DNA of 32,468 nt. It comes from Bacteroidota bacterium (GTDB taxonomy: Bacteria > Bacteroidota > Ignavibacteria > Ignavibacteriales > Melioribacteraceae). The stretch spans positions 1 through 32,468 of the forward strand of contig JAJYMU010000351.1 in NCBI GenBank assembly GCA_021786655.1, written 5' to 3'. The notes below the pieces were generated by a model that saw only the letters and a program-made list of their open reading frames with translations, did no database searches and was not told the DNA's origin. The position numbers were made by a program, and so were the translations under genes. Shown here piece after piece: positions 28,231 through 32,468 of this stretch (positions are counted from its first letter, which is position 1; each line of letters opens with the position of its first letter).

Positions 28231-29205
28231 TTGAAAGTATTGTTCATCGGCGGCACAGGCGTAATTAGCTCTTCATGTTCACAATTATGTGTTGAAAAAG
28301 GTTACGATCTGTTTCTGCTGAATCGAGGAACGTCTTTCAGAGCCGCACCGAAAGATGCGGAAATAATTAACGCCGATATTAGGAATGCCGCTGCGGCAAG
28401 AAGCGCGCTCGGCAGTCAAACGTTCGATGTTGTGGTTGATTGGGCTGCTTACAATCAAAAGCACGTAAGGAATGATTTCAATTTATTTAGAGACAAAACA
28501 AATCAATACATATTCATCAGCTCTGCCTCGGCATATCAAAAGCCTGTTCAGAAATTGCCGATTACAGAAGAGACGCCGCTTGAAAATCCATTCTGGAGTT
28601 ACTCGCGGGCAAAAATCGATTGCGAAAATTTTTTGATGAAAGTTTACGGTGAAGAAAAATTTCCGGTTACGATTTGCCGTCCTTCGCACACGTATGATAA
28701 AACAAAAACTCCGCTCCGTGCAGATTATCTTCCGTTTCACAGAATGAAACTCGGCAAAAAAATAATTATTCATGACGATGGAAATTCTTTGTGGACGCTG
28801 ACGCATACGCGTGATTTTGCAAAAGGATTTGCCGGATTACTCGGAAGTCCAACAACAATCGGCGAAGCGTATCAGATCACATCCGATGAAGTCCTAACAT
28901 GGGACGCGATTGCCGAAACATTGGCAGAGAAAGCCGGATACGATTTGCATGTAGCGCATCTCCCCTCAAATTTTATTTCTCAATATGACAAAGAATGGGG
29001 CGACAGTTTATTGGGCGATAAAGCAAACAACGCCGTGTATGATAATTCCAAAATCAAAAAACTTGTGCCGGAGTTCAAAGCAACAATTCCGTTTTCGCAA
29101 GGCGCCGAAGAAATTGTTGAGTGGTATTCCGATCCGAGAAATCAAATTGTAGATTACAATCTTGACGCGCTGATGGATAGAATGATTAATGACTCCCATT
29201 CATAA
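28231..29205 (+). CDS. NAD-dependent epimerase/dehydratase-family (extended SDR) protein
   Basis: TTG start behind SD GGAAGG. Contains KVLFIGGTGVISS and YSRAK (YxxxK). Confidence 0.8.
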   Translation: MKVLFIGGTGVISSSCSQLCVEKGYDLFLLNRGTSFRAAPKDAEIINADIRNAAAARSALGSQTFDVVVDWAAYNQKHVRNDFNLFRDKTNQYIFISSASAYQKPVQKLPITEETPLENPFWSYSRAKIDCENFLMKVYGEEKFPVTICRPSHTYDKTKTPLRADYLPFHRMKLGKKIIIHDDGNSLWTLTHTRDFAKGFAGLLGSPTTIGEAYQITSDEVLTWDAIAETLAEKAGYDLHVAHLPSNFISQYDKEWGDSLLGDKANNAVYDNSKIKKLVPEFKATIPFSQGAEEIVEWYSDPRNQIVDYNLDALMDRMINDSHS

Positions 29206-29226
29206 ACATTTTAAGAAAGAAATAGG

Positions 29227-30084
29227 ATGAAAAGAGTAATAATTTTTTTGTTCGCGCTTGTAATTGCGCTCAATGCTCAGTCGAGTCAGCCTGTAACGCT
29301 TCATCACACTGAAGTCATAGAAATGAAATCCGTTTCCAGCGGGAACACTTATCCAATTTTTGTTTGTCTTCCCGGAAGTTATAATTACACGAAACAAAAT
29401 TACCCTGTGATTTACATGCTCGACGCATATTCGTCGTTTGGAATTATGACGGAGATGCAGCATCTACTGGCGTTCGATAAAGAACTACCGGAAGCAATCA
29501 TTGTTGGAATTTCATCCGAGGGTGGATCGAAAGAATTTATTTACAACCGTGCGCGTGATTATACACCGACAAAAGTTTCTGCAGAAAATCTGCCTGAAGA
29601 AGCTAGACTTATGACACCAACATCGGGCGGCGGAGAAAAATTCTTGGAGTTCATTAAGAATGAATTGGTGCCGGTTATAGATTCAAAATATCGAACTGAG
29701 AAGAATAATCGCATACTTGTTGGTCATTCCTACGGCGGATTGTTTTGCTTCTATACATTGTTTACTGAGCCGCACTTGTTCAGCAAATACGTAATTCTTA
29801 GTCCAGTATTGTTCTGGGATAATCATTTCATCGCCGGTATTGAAAAGAAATTTTTCGATGAGCATAAGGAATTAAATGCCTCGATTTATACGGCGGTAGG
29901 TTCGTTTGAGCCGGAGAGTTTTCAAAACGATTGGAAAGATTTCGTTTCGACAATTCACAAACACAATTACGCCGGATTAAATTTGTACGACGAAGTATTG
30001 CCTGGTGAAACGCATTACACGGTAATTTCGTTTATGGCAACTCATGGGTTGAAAGCTGTTTTCAAAAAGGAAGAAAAAAAATAA
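29227..30084 (+). CDS. secreted alpha/beta-hydrolase (putative esterase family)
   Basis: Signal peptide, YPVIYMLDA, and the nucleophile elbow GHSYGG. Confidence 0.75.
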   Translation: MKRVIIFLFALVIALNAQSSQPVTLHHTEVIEMKSVSSGNTYPIFVCLPGSYNYTKQNYPVIYMLDAYSSFGIMTEMQHLLAFDKELPEAIIVGISSEGGSKEFIYNRARDYTPTKVSAENLPEEARLMTPTSGGGEKFLEFIKNELVPVIDSKYRTEKNNRILVGHSYGGLFCFYTLFTEPHLFSKYVILSPVLFWDNHFIAGIEKKFFDEHKELNASIYTAVGSFEPESFQNDWKDFVSTIHKHNYAGLNLYDEVLPGETHYTVISFMATHGLKAVFKKEEKK

Positions 30085-30086
30085 AC

Positions 30087-30740
30087 GTGGCGGATCAAGT
30101 TAAACTAGAAATACTTTACGATGACAAAGAAATAGTTGCCGTCAACAAGCCGGAAGGAATTGCTTCTATTGCCGAGAACGATACAAGGAGAGATTCGATT
30201 CATTCTCTGCTGGAGAAGAAGTTATCGCAAAAAATTTTTATTGTTCACCGATTGGACAAAGAAGTAAGCGGTGTAATTTTGTTCGCGAAAAACGCTGCGA
30301 CTCACAAAATGTTGAATAGACAGTTCGCCGGAAGAACCGTTAAGAAATCGTATCTTGCATTGGTGTATGGAAACGTTGATAAAAATGAAGGTTCGATTAC
30401 GAAAGCAATAAGAGAATTTGGTTCGGGAAGAATGGGTGTTGATGAAAAAAACGGCAAGCCGAGCTCAACAAATTTCAAAATCTTAAAGAGGTTTAAGGAA
30501 TACACACTGTTGGAATTAAATCCTTCCACTGGGCGCCGTCACCAATTACGTGTTCACCTTTACAGCATTGGTCATTCTATCGTTGGCGATTCTCGTTACG
30601 GCGATAAAGAAACTCAAAAGAATTTTCCCAGAATTATGCTTCACGCACAAAGCATAAAGTTTGATTTACGCGAGCGAAAGGGAATTGAAATCCGATGCGA
30701 TGCACCCAAAAGTTTTCTAGATGTGCTTGAAACAATTTAG
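30087..30740 (+). CDS. RluA-family pseudouridine synthase
   Basis: HRLDKEVSGVILFAK catalytic Asp motif and GRRHQLRVH. Confidence 0.9.
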   Translation: MADQVKLEILYDDKEIVAVNKPEGIASIAENDTRRDSIHSLLEKKLSQKIFIVHRLDKEVSGVILFAKNAATHKMLNRQFAGRTVKKSYLALVYGNVDKNEGSITKAIREFGSGRMGVDEKNGKPSSTNFKILKRFKEYTLLELNPSTGRRHQLRVHLYSIGHSIVGDSRYGDKETQKNFPRIMLHAQSIKFDLRERKGIEIRCDAPKSFLDVLETI

Positions 30741-30785
30741 CGTGACAAAGCTTAACTTTGCAAATCAAAAAGTAGAAAGACCGCT

Positions 30786-31259
30786 ATGAAAGAATTTATA
30801 GAGCAAACGAAAACATTTCTTATTGAAACCGAGAAGAAACTTCGTTCCATTTCCGAAGAGACAAGCGGTTTCAAACCGGCGCCGAACAAATGATCTAAGA
30901 AAGAAATTTTGGGGCATTTGGTTGATTCGTCTGTGAACAACACTACAAGATTTGTCAATGGACAGTTTCAGGACAATCTGATTTTCCCCGGTTACGATCA
31001 AGACAAATGGGTTGCGGCGCAGAATTATCAATCGGCAAGTTGGAATTTCATAATTGATCTTTGGAAGCAGAACAACATGCAAATGGTTCGCATACTTGAA
31101 TCGATGCCTGACGAAGTTAGAACAAAAAAACACAACAGCCACAATTTTGATGTGATCGAGTGGAAAGAAGTCCCGCAGAGCGAACCGGTAACTTTGGATT
31201 ATTTGATCAGAGATTATTACGGACACATGAAATATCATCTTGCTCAAATCATCAAATAA
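30786..31259 (+). pseudogene. DinB-family (DinB_2-like) gene interrupted by an in-frame TGA at 30891-30893
   Basis: ATG at 30786 gives MKEFIEQTKTFLIETEKKLRSISEETSGFKPAPNK-TGA-SKKEILGHLVDSSVNN... The track ORF (30909, TTG) is the in-frame remainder. The stop occupies the position of the family-typical Trp (..KWS..EILGHL..). Confidence 0.7.
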
Positions 31260-31293
31260 ATTTTTAAGTTTGTGAATCATTGGGAATCAAAAA

Positions 31294-31848
31294 ATGAAAT
31301 CAATTAGAAGTGTTGGGGCAGAACAGTTAAATTGGATTCAGCCGAAAGCACTCGAACAAACTTTTGAACTGCGCGGCGATGAAGATTTGTACGCCTCGTT
31401 GATTTTTCCGAAATCTCTTGGATCCTTAGCCGAGGCGGAAGCATCTAACGGCAAGTGGACTTTTAAGCGTGTCGGCTTTTTCAATGTCACAATTACAATC
31501 CGTGAAGTTGGAAAAGAAACCGATCTTGCGGTTTACAAACCGAAGCGGATGAGTTATTCCGGAAGTTTGGAATTTGCCAACAATAAAATGTTTCATTGGC
31601 AGTCATCAAATTTTTGGTCAACCAAATTTGAATTTCAAGATGCGAATAATAATACAGTTGTTGCTTTCAAATCGGGAATTGAAGAACCTAAATTGAAAGA
31701 TTGGTTTAAGACACAAGCGCGCGTTGAAATTTCGGAACAAGCAAAAAAATATCCGGAATTGGAACTGTTGATTTTATTCGGCTGGTATTTGATAATTGCG
31801 CTTCAGCTTGATTCATCCGCCGGCGCTGTTGTTGCCGCGGCTTCATAA
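31294..31848 (+). CDS. hypothetical protein with a C-terminal hydrophobic anchor
   Basis: 184-aa ORF with a C-terminal LELLILFGWYLIIALQL segment. No motif recognised. Confidence 0.6.
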   Translation: MKSIRSVGAEQLNWIQPKALEQTFELRGDEDLYASLIFPKSLGSLAEAEASNGKWTFKRVGFFNVTITIREVGKETDLAVYKPKRMSYSGSLEFANNKMFHWQSSNFWSTKFEFQDANNNTVVAFKSGIEEPKLKDWFKTQARVEISEQAKKYPELELLILFGWYLIIALQLDSSAGAVVAAAS

Positions 31849-31874
31849 TTTTCTAACAAAAAAACTATGGTAAT

Positions 31875-32237
31875 ATGACACAAATTATTTATCTATTATT
31901 AATCGGCCTTCTCACCGGCGCAGTCAGCGGAATTCTGGGAATCGGCGGCGGCATAATTGTTATCCCAGCCCTAGTTTATCTCTTGAATTACTCACAACAG
32001 GAAGCTCAAGGAACTTCTCTAGCACTTCTCCTTCCGCCAATCGGAATTTTAGCGGTTCTTAATTATTATAAAGCCGGATACGTTAATATTAAAGCAGCAT
32101 TGATCATGAGTGCGGCTTTTCTTTTGGGTAGTTATATCTCATCAAAATTTGCGGTCTCGCTTCCTGAAAACGTTCTTAAGAAAATTTTCGGAGTATTTCT
32201 TCTCTTCTACGCAATAAAGCTCTTTTTTGAAAAATAA
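31875..32237 (+). CDS. half-size TauE/SafE (TSUP, DUF81) family membrane protein
   Basis: GAVSGILGIGGGIIVIPALVYLL...QGTSL is typical of the TSUP N-terminus. At only 120 aa it has about 4 TM segments. Confidence 0.7.
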   Translation: MTQIIYLLLIGLLTGAVSGILGIGGGIIVIPALVYLLNYSQQEAQGTSLALLLPPIGILAVLNYYKAGYVNIKAALIMSAAFLLGSYISSKFAVSLPENVLKKIFGVFLLFYAIKLFFEK

Positions 32238-32425
32238 CGCGGCTCTTTAGATCAAAGAATCACGATCATTAAAAAATTTTAATTCTGCGGATTAAACCCA
32301 CCCGTCCGTTCTCCTTGTCTATATCTCAAAGGCAAATACTTAGAAAGCAATTTGAGATAGCTCTAGAATGAAACTCAATCAACAAAAAAATTAAACCCCC
32401 TCGCACGACCGACTCACAGATCCCC

Positions 32426-32461
32426 AAATCCATCCCGCTTTTTTGCGGGATGGATTTTTTT
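32426..32461 (+). terminator. strong intrinsic terminator
   Basis: Perfect 13-bp stem, AAATCCATCCCGC (32426-32438) paired with GCGGGATGGATTT (32445-32457), with a TTTTTT loop and a T-run extending to 32461. Confidence 0.85.
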
Positions 32462-32468
32462 ATGCCGT

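Noticed and set aside
11368-30893. Alternative genetic code (TAG or TGA reassigned) as an explanation for the in-frame stops
   Set aside because: TGA ends well-supported genes at 12150, 17991, 24978 and 26439, and TAG ends genes at 12392, 20417, 26926 and 30740, each at the expected protein length. The standard code therefore applies.
30765-31280. 171-aa minus-strand ORF
   Set aside because: It is antisense to the DinB-family reading frame, whose motifs (EILGHLVDS..NN..RF) are recognisable. The minus-strand product has no features.
1-32468. Search for CRISPR arrays, tRNA/rRNA genes, IS elements, integrases, phage genes or known defence-system signatures
   Set aside because: None seen. There are no regularly spaced direct repeats, no tRNA T-arm signatures (GGTTCGAATCC-like) on either strand, and no transposase or integrase-like ORFs. 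The only repeat is the tandem gene duplication at 3909-5831.

Overview
AT-rich, densely coded bacterial chromosomal window of about 35 genes on both strands. It reads mostly as core or housekeeping DNA. Three C-terminal ...NYPNPFNP(T/S)T... sorting domains suggest a T9SS-bearing FCB-group organism, Ignavibacteria/Bacteroidota-like (inference). Genes recognised from motifs: valS (5' part, runs off the left edge and is missing from the ORF track), hslVU, rpoN, alr, an M16C insulinase-like peptidase, a beta-carbonic anhydrase, SDRs, an aldo/keto reductase, cupins, two DinB-family genes, a YciI protein, a MaoC hotdog, an RluA-family pseudouridine synthase, an Fcy1-type cytosine deaminase and an ATP-cone/uridine-kinase-like fusion. 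I found no CRISPR array, tRNA/rRNA gene, transposase, integrase or recognisable defence system, and I cannot honestly name a clear novel system here. Items worth a second look: (1) a 1032-bp-period tandem duplication of a T9SS cargo gene whose core is near-identical but whose signal peptide and sorting domain have diverged. It lies next to a T9SS metalloprotease, and one copy carries a G8 tract. (2) A beta-barrel OMP gene translationally coupled to a small CXXCH lipoprotein. (3) A 601-aa orphan with TIM-barrel-like and Cys-rich motifs behind a long non-coding leader. (4) An ATP-cone-kinase plus deaminase pair. (5) An SLT-domain protein whose catalytic Glu position is Ser. (6) Three independent ORF lesions: an in-frame TAG, a frameshift and an in-frame TGA at a conserved Trp. 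(7) A decayed RelE/ParE toxin remnant. (8) A roughly 230-nt non-coding tail ending in a 13-bp-stem terminator. All functional calls rest on motif recognition by eye, with no database search.
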